DNA from: Peribolospora baueri
Taxonomy: Eukaryota
NCBI GenBank assembly: GCA_029717555.1
Contig: JAMDHS010000074.1
Location: 1-64,000 of the forward strand
Direction: 5' to 3'
Length of the DNA stretch: 64,000 nucleotides
A model generated the notes under the pieces. It had not been told where the DNA came from and made no database searches. It worked only from the letters and a program-made list of their open reading frames with translations. Positions 34,688 to 47,223 of the stretch are shown here, piece after piece (position 1 is the stretch's first letter; each line of letters begins with the position of its first letter). The position numbers and the translations under genes were made by a program.

Positions 34688-37600
34688 TCAGACGACGATC
34701 TGCGACGAGTCGAGGTTGAGGGCGTGGACTGGACGCAGGTCGGTAAGGCGAATGGAGAGGAGGGCAAAACGGAAAGAACAGACGCATCCCATCAGCCGCC
34801 TGCGGATCTCACTTTAAACCTTCTCGGCCCTGCACGGTGCTAAAACGGTCATAAAACAAAAACTCACGCAAAAGGTTGACGTTGCGAATGCGCAGCGAGG
34901 CCGCCTCCTCGCCGCCTAACTTCTTGTTCCCGCTCACGACGGCCTCCAGGATCTTCTCCCTGAGCTCCTGCACAAGCGTCTGCTGCTGCTCCATGCTCGC
35001 GCTGACAGCCAAGGCTGCGAAAAACTGCCACACTGGCTCGTCCTCTCTGTCTTGGTTCATGTCCCCCCCCGCCGTTCCTCCCGCGCCGACGAGCGGATTG
35101 GCAAGGTAGAGAGACGTGCCGAAGGGCAGGCTGGCGCGTAGGCGTGTGGAGGGGAAGAGGGAGGAGAAATGGGGGTGGAGGCGCGCAAAGAGAAGGGAGA
35201 AAATTTGGCGCCTGGGGGTACGTAGATGGCAATGGACGGTGAATGGCAAGAGAAGCGTGTACAGCAGAGTGAAGAAACATTGGCGAGTGAGTGACAAGCC
35301 GCTTCTTTCTCATTCCTACCGGTCTGCTCAGCCTCCGATGATGCCAAGCCGTCGATGCTCACCACTGCTCCAGCTCGGCGGCGTCAGGTCCACCACCTCC
35401 GCCGCCTTGCTTGAGGATCTCTGCGCGGCTGAGGAAGATGGTGAGAAAGGCGAGACCGGGCTGGGAGAGGAGAGAAGGAAGCAAAGAGGCGTGAAACAAA
35501 GGCCAATGACAGAGAGCAAGTTCAGTAAATCCGCCCATCCATCGCACATATCCCATCGTTCTGAACCAATACCGTCACTCACCTTCGTCCTCGCGACCTT
35601 GACGATATCGTTTCTCTCAACAAAGAGCGCAAGCATGCCGCTGACGATCCTCATGTTGGCGCCGCTGACAAGCTGCAGCATGGCGGGTACGATGGTGTTG
35701 AGGAACACATCTGTCTGGCTCTCCACCTCCTTCTTCGTCCTCCTTCCGTACAACCCCTCGACCTCCTTGTTTGGGCCGCCCTCAACGTCATCTAGCACGG
35801 CCGCGTCTTGCACCACGTCCAGCGACTCGAACGAGGCGACGATCATGGTGAGCAAAGTGAGCGTTTGTTCGGCCGAGAGGTGTCGGAGCACGCGCGGAAT
35901 AAGCTTCTTGCCCTTGGAGACGGAGAGCAGGGAGATGAACGGGTGTGGGTACGAGATCTCCAGCGGAGCAAGCACGCGAAGAGAGGACCACATGCGCAAT
36001 ACCAGCGCGGCATGCTGCTCGGCCCTGTGAACGGGACAAGCGAAGAAGAGGTGAATGAAAGGTGACAAGGTGTAGAAATGGTCGGTGATCTCCGGCGCGA
36101 GCTATATTCCGGGTTATAGAAACACACGACTCACAGTTCGCGCGCCTGATCCTCCACCTCCGCTTGCTCCTGAGCTTGACCCTCAGCTGCCGGCTGCGGA
36201 GGAGCGTTCCTCCTTCCCTGCTCGATCTGCATGACAGTGTCGTACGCATCCTCCAACACCGTGAGAACCTCGCGGCGCGTCAGGGGTTTCCTCCGTCCGT
36301 CAGCGGAAGCGCCCGTCATTCCAGCCGAGTTCAAGGCGGCGGCCGCAGCAGAAGCTTGAGCAGAGGCACCGCTGGTGGCATTAGTGCCTGGTGCAGAGTT
36401 GCCGGACGAGGGAGGCGGAGTCGTGGGCTTGCCAACTTGAAGGAGCTGACGGGGGCCTCGAGAAGTAGAGAGTGAAATCTTGCCTAGTGCTCCTTCAAGG
36501 TTCACGGCTGAAGAGGGAACAGAGGACGATGACGATCATCAGCGACCGTGGAGAGAGCCAAGCTGATTTCTGGGTCGACAAACGTTTCGCGACAGGTGTC
36601 ACTTCACACTACGCACTGCTCGCTTTCTCGCCGCGCTGTTTCGAATTGTTGACAATGCGCTCAACCTGTTGCTGCATACGAATCATGGCGTTCTCCCTCC
36701 TCGTAAGTCTCCTCTTCCCGCCTTGCGCCTGTGCGTTCTCGGTACCAGGGCCAGCACTGGTGGGAAGACCAGGCGTGCTATTGGGCATAGCGGAGGGGGG
36801 CTGTCGGCCGCGCACAAAGTTGTAGATGTGCGCGTAGAAGTCGTCCACGTAGGGGTCCTTTGTGACGAGATGCGAGACTTGGATACGGGTGATGAAATCC
36901 TTGTCGGATTGGCTCATGAGGCCGTTGTACTTGGCCTAGTGCGAGGAAATGCAGGAGGGCAATATACAGGACAGGGGCTAATCAGTCGGTGCGCTGTCAA
37001 CCAGCTCCAAAACTTGGGAACGAATGAACGGATACCCACCATGGCGGCGATCTTGGCGCCTTTTCGCCTGCGCTTCTCCTCCATCTTCTCGTGTTCGATA
37101 ATCCTAGCCTGAGCCTTCTCCAAGAGCACGACTGCCTCGGGGTCGTGCGGCACACCTCCGCCATGTCCACTCACACCGAAAGCCGGAAGAGGCGGCCACC
37201 TTCCAGGCTCGCCGGCGAACGTGCCCTGTAAGAAAGGAGGTGGTATGCCGCTCTGCCCGGGGGGGAAATTTCCGAGAGCAGCAGCTTGGGCAAGCAGCCC
37301 TCCGAGCTGGCCCTGCATTTGAGGATCAGAAGGGGGTGGGGGCTGCTGCTGAATGGAGCGCTGAGCAAGCATCTGGGCCTCCACTTCCTCCACTGTCAAG
37401 GGTCGGGCCTGCAGAGGAGGCTCGGTCCGCTGCGGTGGATGCATATCCACAACCGCCGCCGCGGATCGGGGTTGCTGCTGCTGGGTCTGTTGCTGAGCCC
37501 TCTGACGCAGCTCGGCTTCGATATCTTCGAGCGTGCGCATAGCCTGAGACGGCGCTTGCGGCCCGGACCCGAGTGCGGGAGCAGATGCGGGAGGTACAGT

Positions 37601-38320
37601 AGAAGGCGTAGAGGCGGTCAAGGATAGTGGAGGTGTGGAACGAGCAGGACCCGACAAGGCTGAGAGATCAATGTGAAAATGTGCAGAGTGGAATTAGACA
37701 ATATAGTTCGACAGAGTGTGAGTTCCGGGAGAGCGTAGCTCACCCGCATCCCAGATCGCCTCCTCCCGGGCGCTACGAAGCCCGCCGAAACCCCGATCAA
37801 CCGACTTCTTCGACGACAGAGGCTTTGTGGGTGCGCCCCAAAAGTCTTCCAGAGAAGTCGTCGCAAAGGCGGCGTCATTCGCGCTCTTCTTCTTGGGTTC
37901 AGGCTTGGAAGGTCGCGGAGTAGCCGATAGGGTGGCACCGAAGTCAAAGTCCTTTCCTGCAGATCGAAAAGGAGCACGTTCAGCGCCACGCTACTGACAT
38001 GAAGCTACTTGGTTAAGTAGGATCTACTCACCAATCGGCCCAGAGTCCCCGAAGGTCTCGTCATTGGCGTCATCTCCAACCTCCTCTAAAATGTCACCTA
38101 AAGCGTCATACCCCCCTTGACCCCAGGTATAAATCTCCACGTCCTCCTTGGACCCGGCGGCGAGAGAGGCAATCTTGGCATCGATGGCTGCATCCTCATC
38201 ATCGAACACGTCAAGTGCTGAGGACGCCGTTGGGATGGACGAAGACGCCCTCCCACGGTCGTGGACGCCCTCGTCACGACGATCGCGAGGAAGGCGGGTG
38301 TCAAATCCGAAGAAGGACAT
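34688..38320 (-). CDS. PAT1: mRNA decapping activator / P-body scaffold Pat1
   Basis: MSFFGFDTRLP, DDANDETFG, MSQSDKDFITRIQVSHL...DPYVDDFY, LEGALGKIS...PRQLL, HPFISLLSVSKGKKLIPR, VWQFFAALAVSASMEQQ. Confidence 0.95.
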
Positions 38321-38380
38321 ATGGGCGGGCTGGATGTCCCGAGTACCTGTCTTCTTCTTTCCTTCTTACAAGCCACCAGC

Positions 38381-38443
38381 CGTCGTCGTGGTCGTGGTCG
38401 TGGTCGTGGTCGTCGGTCGTCGGTCGTCGGTCGTCGGTCGTCG
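38381..38443. repeat. (GTCGTG)n / (GTCGTCG)n compound repeat in the PAT1-SEC1 divergent region
   Basis: cgtcgtcgtggtcgtggtcgtggtcgtggtcgtcggtcgtcggtcgtcggtcgtcggtcgtcg read directly. Confidence 0.85.
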
Positions 38444-38892
38444 GTTGTTCGTCCTTTTCTTTCCTGGTCGGTGGGTTAACGGTGAGGGTGGAGTGATCGG
38501 CAGAGCTTGGAACGACAGGGAAGACGGCGATAGGCGGCATTGGCCGGTACTGGCCGGCGCCCCCGCACGCGTGTGGCTAGGACGGCCCGACGGAGCGCGC
38601 GGGCGCTGGCCTGACGACCTTTAGGAGCAGGCGACACTTGCACGACTCTTCCTCTTCCTTCCACCCTTGCCCCCTCGTCTCCACCTCCCATTCGGCCTTC
38701 CCTCTTCTTCTTTCATGTCCTCTCACTTCCTTCCGACGTCTGTACGACCGTTCTCCCGTCTCTACGTCTCCTGCGCCCGCCGATTGGCGCTTTGAACGAC
38801 CCCTGCACGGACCTAACGAGCCTCCGATTACCCTGTGATATCTCTGACACTTCCCGTGCCCTTCCCCTTCGCTACTCACGATATTGCCTATC

Positions 38893-41800
38893 ATGCCTCT
38901 GTCTCTCATTGAGACGATCCGCGAACGTATGTGCAGATCTGGCTTGTTTGAAACACTCGAAACAGTCGACCTGACTCTCTCTAACGAATGCTTATTGTCA
39001 GGCTACCTGAACGCCATTCGGTCGGTGCGGCCTCCGGGGAAATGGAAGATCCTCGTGGTGGACTCGCACACCAAAGTGCTCATTAGCAGTGTCATGAAGA
39101 TGTATGACATTCTTCAGGAAAACGTGACGTGTAAGTCTGCGGCTCTTCCGGGAGCCACCGGTGCATGCGCCGCCATGCTGAGTGCATGCATATAGCGCCA
39201 GGATTGATCATATCCCGATTCGAATGTTTCAGTGGTTGAGAATATCGAGCAAACTCGAGCACCTCAGACCTCCTTCGAAGCCGCGTATATCCTCTGCCCG
39301 ACGAGTCAGAATGTCGAACGCATCATTGCCGACCTGAGCGAGCGCGACGGCCGTCCCATGCAGTATGCCGCGGGGCACCTGTTTTTTGTCGACGGTGAGC
39401 TAGAAGCGAAGCATAGGCGTTTTTTAAGAAGCTATTATGGATGAATTTCTTTAAAAGGCTCATCAAGTCTATGGGCACGCCCGTTCCACATCGCATCTTT
39501 CTTCCCGTACAGCTGTCTCCAACCAGCTCCTCACCCGACTCACCTCCTCTCCCGCCGAGCCCCACCTCCGCCAGCTCATAGAGCTCTTCACCAACACGTG
39601 GCCGCTCGAAGGCCAAGTGTTTTCCATGAAACGACCCGATAGCTTTTTTTCACTTTTCAACCCAGCAGGTGGTCTTCTCGGCTTGGATGCACAGGAGGCT
39701 CAGGCTATAGTGGAAGACGAGGTGGAGATTGCGGCGCAGCATGTGAGTCTCCTCATGTTTGGGAAATGCCACCAAACGGCCGTATGATGCCCGAATGCGT
39801 GTTGAATAGCTGGCCATTCCACATACCCTCCCAGTTGTTCAACGTGTGCGCAACCTTCAGCGAATATCCACTCATCCGGTACTACAATCCCTCCCATCCT
39901 CCTCTCGGGCCGCTTGGCCCGTCCGGTCCTGGCTCTGAACCGGCATCGACCCCGGCGACGACCTCCTCGCTTTATACGAGTGGCTCGGCACGAATGGCTC
40001 GTCTAGCTGGCGGCGGCTCCATTCCGCCGCCGAGCGGCCCGCACTTTACGAAGAAGTTGGCAGAGAGGGTTCAGAAGTTGTTGGATGATTGGAAGCAAGA
40101 CAGCGATGTGGGTTGTTCTCGTCTTCGTCGTCATTGCTCGTTCTCCTACATGCGTCCATCCTTGTGCTCTAACACCCGTCCGCCTGCATTGTCCACCTTC
40201 AGCCGAAAATCGACCCTTTGAGGCCACGCTCTGTTATGTTCATTGTGGATCGCTCTATGGACGCTGCGGCTCCGCTCTTACACGAGTTCACCTACCAAGC
40301 GATGGCGAATGATTTGCTCCCGATTAAGGACGGGTACAAATACCAGTAAGTACAGTGCGACCATTCTGCGTGTGACAGGTAGCTAACGGACATCGCTGCT
40401 ATCAATGCAGTCTTGAATTCACGAACGCCGATGGCCAGCTAGAAGAGAAGGATGCCGTCCTTTCCGACTCAGACAACGTGTGGACAGATATTCGCCACGT
40501 CCACATTGCCGAGGCCATTGACCGCCTCACGAATGATTTCAGGAAGTATGCCGGCGAGCAGGCGGAATTCGGCGGGTGAGTGAAATGTCCGGTCGCGACC
40601 AGACGTGTGTGGAGACGGCGATTTCTGACAAGCAGGAGCTGACATTGTCGTCCGACCGATGGGCCGTCAGGGCCTCGAGCCTGAACGACATGCGGGACAT
40701 GCTGGCGAGCTTGCCCCAAATGCAAGAGACGAAAGAGAAGGTATGTCAGGATGACCGTCTTCCACGATCCATCTCCATATGAGCATGGATTAACTTATCT
40801 CTCTGCCCATCCGACGTGTTTCAGCTCTCCTTGCACCTGGGCATGGTGCAAGAATGCATGAACCTCTTCGAGAAGAAGAAGCTCACGCAGACGGCCAGCG
40901 TCGAGCAGGTGCGTATCCCATTTCCAAACGCGCGCGATCGAAGTATCATATTGGCACTCTGTCGGCAGGTGGCCGGCTCAAATTTGGTGCTGTTTATTGT
41001 ATGACACAGAATTGCGCAACCGGACTTACTGCTGAAGGCAAAACGCCTAAGACGCTCGTCGAGGAGATGGTGCCGTTGCTGGATGACCGCTCCGTGAGGT
41101 CAGTGACTGTACAGTCTACTCGCCTTGCAGGGCGAGCGGAGGTACGAGTGCTCGATGGTGGTAGCTGATCATCTGGTCCTCACGCTTTCCGCGGGAAACA
41201 CAGCAATATTGATAAAGTGCGCATGATCGCGCTCTACATCATGTACCGCGATGGCGTTCCGGAGGAGGACAGACGTCGGTTGTTCCAGCATGCGCACCTC
41301 AAGCTGCACGAGATGGACGCGGTGAACAATTTGGTCAATCTGGGCGTCAGGGTGGTCAAGGACCCGAACAACAGCAACTGGGATTCGTGGTTCAAGAAGG
41401 GGAAGCGGAAGCAGGTGCCCGGCGAGCAAGCATACGAGCTGTCTCGCTATCAGCCGCTGGTTAAGCTCATGTTGGAGGTGAGCAAGCGCGGTAGACGGTC
41501 GGCAGAGCAGAGAGTAAGCTGAATCATGTCGACGGGTTTCAGCTGACAAAAACCTTTCCGGGTGGATGGACTGGCAGGACCATTTCTCGAACAAGCTCGA
41601 CTCGTCGCTCTATCCGTACTTGCGTGATGCGCCCCCGGAACAGCCTTCCCTCATTTCCGCCTCCTCCTTCACCTCGACATCGTCCAGCACATCGTCCCGC
41701 TCGACGCAGAGCCGAGCTCCGACAAGCTTGCGCAGCTCCAAACCAACGTGGCACAAGGGACCTCGCGCGGGCGCTGGAGCGGCGGACCGCAAGCAGCGCG

Positions 41801-42469
41801 TGCTCGTGTTCGTCGCCGGAGGGATGACATACTCGGAGATCAGGAGCGTGTATGAGGTCAGCAAGGGTTTGGGGAAGGAGGTCATCATTGGTGGGTGCCA
41901 GGGGTCATCGTCAAAGCTCCGGAGATACATACGTCCGATCATTTTCATTTGTGGCCAGCTTTCCTTGGGCACGTCTAACTTTTTGTCTATCCGTGGACCA
42001 CACTTTTGCCTCAGGCTCAAGCCACACCTTCACCCCGGAAACCTTCATCGACAGTCTAAGAGCCATCGGCAAGCCGATCGGCGGCTCCAAATCCTCCGCC
42101 CAGCCAGCGCCCGAACCCGAAGCTGCGCCGACGTCGCTAAGGTCGTCGGCGCGGGGAGGAGGAGGCAAGTCGGGGAAATCCGGGGCGAGCGGGCACACTA
42201 ATGGGCAGGGTGGGGATCACTACGAGCGCGGAGGGCCGTACGAGCAGTCGGCGTACGACAGAAGGTATGGCGCCCCTGCGGCGCCTTCCTCGCCAACCCA
42301 CCATGCGCCGCCGTCGTCGGTGCGTTCGACCAACAGCCCCGCCGCCATGAACGCCCAGGGCAGCGCGGTGGGCAGGACTGAGAGTCCTGCGCCGGCCTTT
42401 GGGGGACATGGAAAGCTGGTGAAGGAGGGCAAGGAGAAGGACAAGAAGAAGAAGTTCTTCCGGTTCTGA
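38893..42469 (+). CDS. SEC1: Sec1/Munc18 exocytic SM protein
   Basis: [79 protein letters not shown]. Confidence 0.95.
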
Positions 42470-43641
42470 GCCCGTCTCAGTTCAGCAGCAGCCGGTCCAT
42501 TGCGATGGTCGATCGGTTGGTTGGTCGCGCTGGGAAGGAGGCGAGCTGAGGCGGAAGTGGGAGGAGGAAAGCGAGAATGGGCTAACGCGGGATGCGATCT
42601 GCTGTGGTTATTTCGGCCTGTCAGGTAGCTCCTACTCTGGAGGATACCAAGCGTGCGAATGGAGGTTGTGCACAACCTAGATCCGCCGTCGCTTATTGCC
42701 GGGGAGGGGACGGATAGGGCGACTTAGGTTCGAGCAGAGGCCTCCTTGCTCCTCTTTGCAAAAGGGCTGCAGCGCGGTGCCGCTCGGCTGGCCGCTCCAA
42801 GTCGTCTTTGAGGGCGCCTCAAGCGACTCGTTTCTAGCGTCCATTCGTCCACCCACCCACCTATCCATCCATCCGTCCATCTTCTCCCTCCCTTCGTCTC
42901 TACCTCCACGTGATCTGCTCCGGCAGTGGACAGAAGGCACCCTCTCTCTGAAGACGAAATGGTCGCTGTGAACAGGATGGCTCTGGGCGCCTTTTCTTCT
43001 TCCTTCCTTCCCTCCTTTCTTTCTTTCCCTCTGCTCTGTCTGTCGAGCGATCGACGCCGCGACCGGCGACGATGGCGGAGGACGTTGCCGCAGCTCTTTG
43101 GTGCTGCGGTCGGAGCTCGCGCGACTGGGAGGGTACTCACCGAGGCAGCCGCTTACGATTCCGCTGCCTTCCGTTGGCCTGGCTTTGGCGGTCGTGCGAG
43201 GGGGAGGCTGACTGGCGAGTAAGACAAGAGACAATTCCGCTCGATGGATGGGATGCGGCCGACGCAACCTCCTCCCATTTCCCCTCCTTCATCCCACCAT
43301 CACCGACTCCTCTTTCCCCCGTCCTTGGCACTAGGGCCGCAACGACCGACCACCAGGGACCAGGGGCGTCTGCTTTCGTTCCTAGCTCGGGAGGAGAAAG
43401 GCAGAAGGGAGAGAGAGAAAGACGATCGAAAGTAGGTATATAGCGCTCGGCTGCCCTGATCAGAGGGCATACTTACATAGCGAGCGTAGTCGTGCAACGT
43501 CGCCCAGCTCGTCCTTACCTCCCCGTCTGCGCAACGAACCCTTCCTTGTCTCGGCGCCTCCGTCAGCACGAATGCCTACCGACGATCCTTCTCGTCGCCC
43601 TTCCTTCGTCCCTCGCCTCATCTTCCTACACCACGACCACT

Positions 43642-46405
43642 ATGTCGGACGCCGCTTGCTCCTCCCCGCATTCTCAGCCAGCGCACATCCACCTGCGCAT
43701 AGGCGCCATCTTTATCCTCTGGGCCACCTCCTCCTCCGCTACCCTCTTCCCTGTGCTCACCAGGCGCTGGCAAAAGCGCGGCAGCTTGTCAGGATTCCTA
43801 TTCGTGAGTCGTCGTCTTCCATCGTCCTTTGTGCCGTCACTGTAACCACGGAGGGCACGCTTTTGTTGGCTTGTTGTAGCAAGCGGTTGTCAGCTAGCTA
43901 ACTGTCTTACCAATCTCCATCTCTCTTCTGCCCTGCCTTCCGTTTCCCACCTCGGCACCCTAGGACTTTGCTAAATTCTTTGGCTCGGGAGTCATCATAG
44001 CCACCGCTTTCATTCATGTCAGTTTCTGCTCGTTCCTCTGTGGACGAAATGGATCCTTCGATGGCTGACCTCCATTGCTCCCTTCTCCTCCTCCTCCTCC
44101 AGCTCCTGGCCCCCTCCTTTGCAGCCCTCACGTCTCCCTGCCTGCCCGACGTCTTTTCCCTTTACCCCTTCGCCCCCGCCCTTTCTCTTTTCGCCGTCTT
44201 CGCCGTCTTCCTCCTCGAGCTCTTCGCCTTCCGATGGGGTCACGTTCACGCCGCCAAGCTCGCGTACGACTCGCATCTCGCCGCTCACGCCGGTGCGCAC
44301 GGGCCTGAGGCGGGTTGCGTCGTGCACGAGCAGGAGAGGGATTGCCTGGATCGAAAGGCCTCGCATTCGCATTCGCACTTGCATCCGAATGCCTGCGCCC
44401 AGTCTGACGGACATGGTCACAAGGCCGATGTCAAGCAGCGACAGGCGCATCCTTGCAAGATCGTCCGATCGGACGCCGGCGAGTCCACTTCCTCCAAGCA
44501 AGCCCAGTTCGACGTTTCGCCGGATGACGAAGACGCTGGATCACTTCTGGACTCGACGGGGCGAGACGGGCGCCACGGGCGCCGAAACCATCGCCAGGTG
44601 TATGACCAACACGACCACTGCATCACCCATTCCCACGACCACTCCTCCCACGCCTCCGCCGCCCACTCCCACTCCCACACCCACCATCACGGACGGCTGC
44701 AGTCGGCGCCAACGATGCAGCCCTCGGCCGCTAGCTTCTTTTCGCTCACCAATGATGGCGCGGCTGGCGCGGCTGGCGTGAGAGACGGTGGGAAGAGGAG
44801 GTATGGCGACGTCGGTGGTGCGGCGGCTGCGGCGGCGGAGGAGGGGGAAGGAGGAGGAGAAGGAGCAGTGATGGAGTCGACACCGGCATTGTTGAAGGAC
44901 GGCGGCGTCATCCCTGCCTCTTCTGCGATTCCTCCGGCGAAAGCAGCGGTGACGTCGCAGCAGGCCTCGTTGAAAACGACCCTCTTCTCGGAGCCATCGG
45001 GCGTCCATGACGGCATCGTCCAGGGCCAGCGGCGGAGTCGGACGGGCGCGGACGTCGATGATGCCATCGCGCCTTGCGAGGCCGAGGTCGACGGCGAAGT
45101 CGATGGAGAGAGCTCGGCGATGGCGAATAGCAAGAGGACCTCTTTCTCAACTTCTTCTTCCACCTCCGCCTCTGCTCGCTCCTCTCCCGCCGGCGCTTCC
45201 GCCACACCCGTCGCCCAGCAAACTGCCACCGGCGGTCATGTCGCCGTTCCTCGTTCTTATCCCGCGGACAGCCTGAAGAGCGTGGACAGCGCGAAAGCGG
45301 ACGCGGACGCTGAGCTCGAAGGTGTCGAGGGACAGGACGAGGACGCCGAGGAACGGAAAGCGAAGATGTCTGCGCCGCGAAAGAGGAGCACGACGTTTTG
45401 GAAAAGTGGCAGGGGCAGGAAAGGTGTCCTGAACGGCGGCCGAGCCCGAGTCGGGTTGGGGAGGAAGAGAAGCGATCCGGAGGGCGGACGTGGGAGCGAT
45501 TCGGTAGATGACGTGCACGGGACCAACTCAGAGTCGGAAGAAGAGGGCGGTAGCGATCTCGATCTCGAACGACGAGCGGGAAGAGGCGTCGGTGGACCGG
45601 GAGGACACGACGCGGCGGCGACGGCGAAGACGGCAGAAGCGGCCGCGGCGCAGATCCTCGGCGTGCTCGTCTTGGAGTTTGGTATCGTGTTTCATTCTGT
45701 CATCATAGGCTTGACGCTGGGCGTGACCGATGGTTTCGTGGTGCTGTTCGTGGTCATCGTCTTTCACCGTGAGTGCGCTTCTCACTTGCTCATGTCACGT
45801 CCCTACCCTTCGGCCGTTGCCTTGCGTCGTCTCCGGCGTTCTCGTTTGTCCCGCCTTTCTCGTACGCGATTCGACTCGCTTACCCTTCATCCTTTTCAAT
45901 CCGGCCGGCCTCCTACTTGCTCACAGAGATGTTCGAAGGCCTAGGTCTCGGCACCCGTCTCGCCCACCTGCCACTGTCGCCCATTTCCAAAGTCCCGCTG
46001 CTGGGAGCGCTCCTTTACGGCCTCGTCACGCCCTTGGGTCTCACTGTTGGCCTGGCGTTGAGATCGAGCTACGATCCCGAGAGCGCTACGGCGCAGATCG
46101 TCTCCGGGTGTTTGGACGGCTTCAGCTCGGGCATCTTGCTCTACTCTGGTTTGGTCGAGCTGCTCGCGTGAGTACGAAGCCGGTCGTCTCGACTCGAATT
46201 CCCCTCGTCACGTCACGTCTTCCTCTTCCTTCTACGTTCTCGCACGCCGAGCTGACCCGACCGCATTTGTCCTGCCCTTCGAAACAGTCACGAATTCATC
46301 TTCAACGATGCGATGCGGACGGCCCCCACGGGCAAGGTGCTCTTGGCGTGTGGCGAGATGGTCGTCGGCGCCGGCTTGATGGCGCTCTTGGGGAGGTGGG
46401 CTTGA
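43642..46405 (+). CDS. ZRT1: ZIP-family zinc/iron permease (Zrt1/Zrt2-like) with very long His-rich loop
   Basis: LRIGAIFIL, FAKFFGSGVIIATAFIH, LEFGIVFHSVIIGLTLG, FHQMFEGLGLGTRL, SSGILLYSGLVELLAHEF, LMALLGRWA*. Confidence 0.92.
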
Positions 46406-47223
46406 TGGGGTGACGGGGATGTGCTAGAGGCGGCGCGATTCCGCTCGCTTGCATTCTTGCTTCCCCCACCGCTTGGTGTTCTCGCTCGCTTTCCATTTAT
46501 TTAATTGACGCGACCTCGATTCGTCAAGACTCTAGACCGCACGCGACTCTGACCATGACGCTGTTTTGCTTGTATGATTATTCGGCATCTGGCGTGTGAT
46601 AGAAGACGGGTAGCTTGATTGCGTTCGAATTGATCCCTCTTTTTCCGTCCATTCGCCGCCGGCCCTGTGTGGAAGCTGCTCACGACGAGTGCCTCCGCCG
46701 CGGCGATGCAACGTAGTGGGGCGCCGACAGAGATCTAATCTCGGTCTGGCACTCGAGTGCCGATCGGCACCGCAGCACGTCTTGTCCATCCACCTCGGCC
46801 TTGTCGGCGAAGAGGAAGAATTGGAACAAAGGAGATGGGCGACGGTTGGGGGAGTCTATTCGAGCAAGGGGCCGCTCGCTCCGACCCAATCGAGGCTAGT
46901 TGGGGTGAGCACACCACTGGAGGTTCCGGCGGGTAGATGGGTTAATGAATAGATATATATTGACGGAGGAAGGTCGGTCTTTCCTCTGCTGGGATTGGAC
47001 TCGCATTTCTTTCCCCTGCCGAGTCATCGTCCTTCGCTCGCATCCACAAACAGCTCGCGTCCTTCCTCCCCTCGTCGCTTTCCTCCCGCCTCCAACTTCC
47101 ATCGTCGAGCCGGCCGAGTCGACGATAAGCCGGTGCGCAGCGGCCCACCTGGCAATGACATCCCAATCGTATGTCTAGCTGACCCCGCTTCTTCGTCCCC
47201 GCCCCCCGACTCCAGGGAGCAAG

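Noticed and set aside
38381..38443. Regular repeats here and at 57117-57175 considered as CRISPR-like arrays
   Set aside because: Simple tandem repeats without spacers, in a eukaryotic context with no cas genes.
42720..42750. GGTTCGA T-loop-like motif suggesting a tRNA
   Set aside because: No cloverleaf or matching stems around it. The other GGTTCGA hits examined lie in coding exons or introns.
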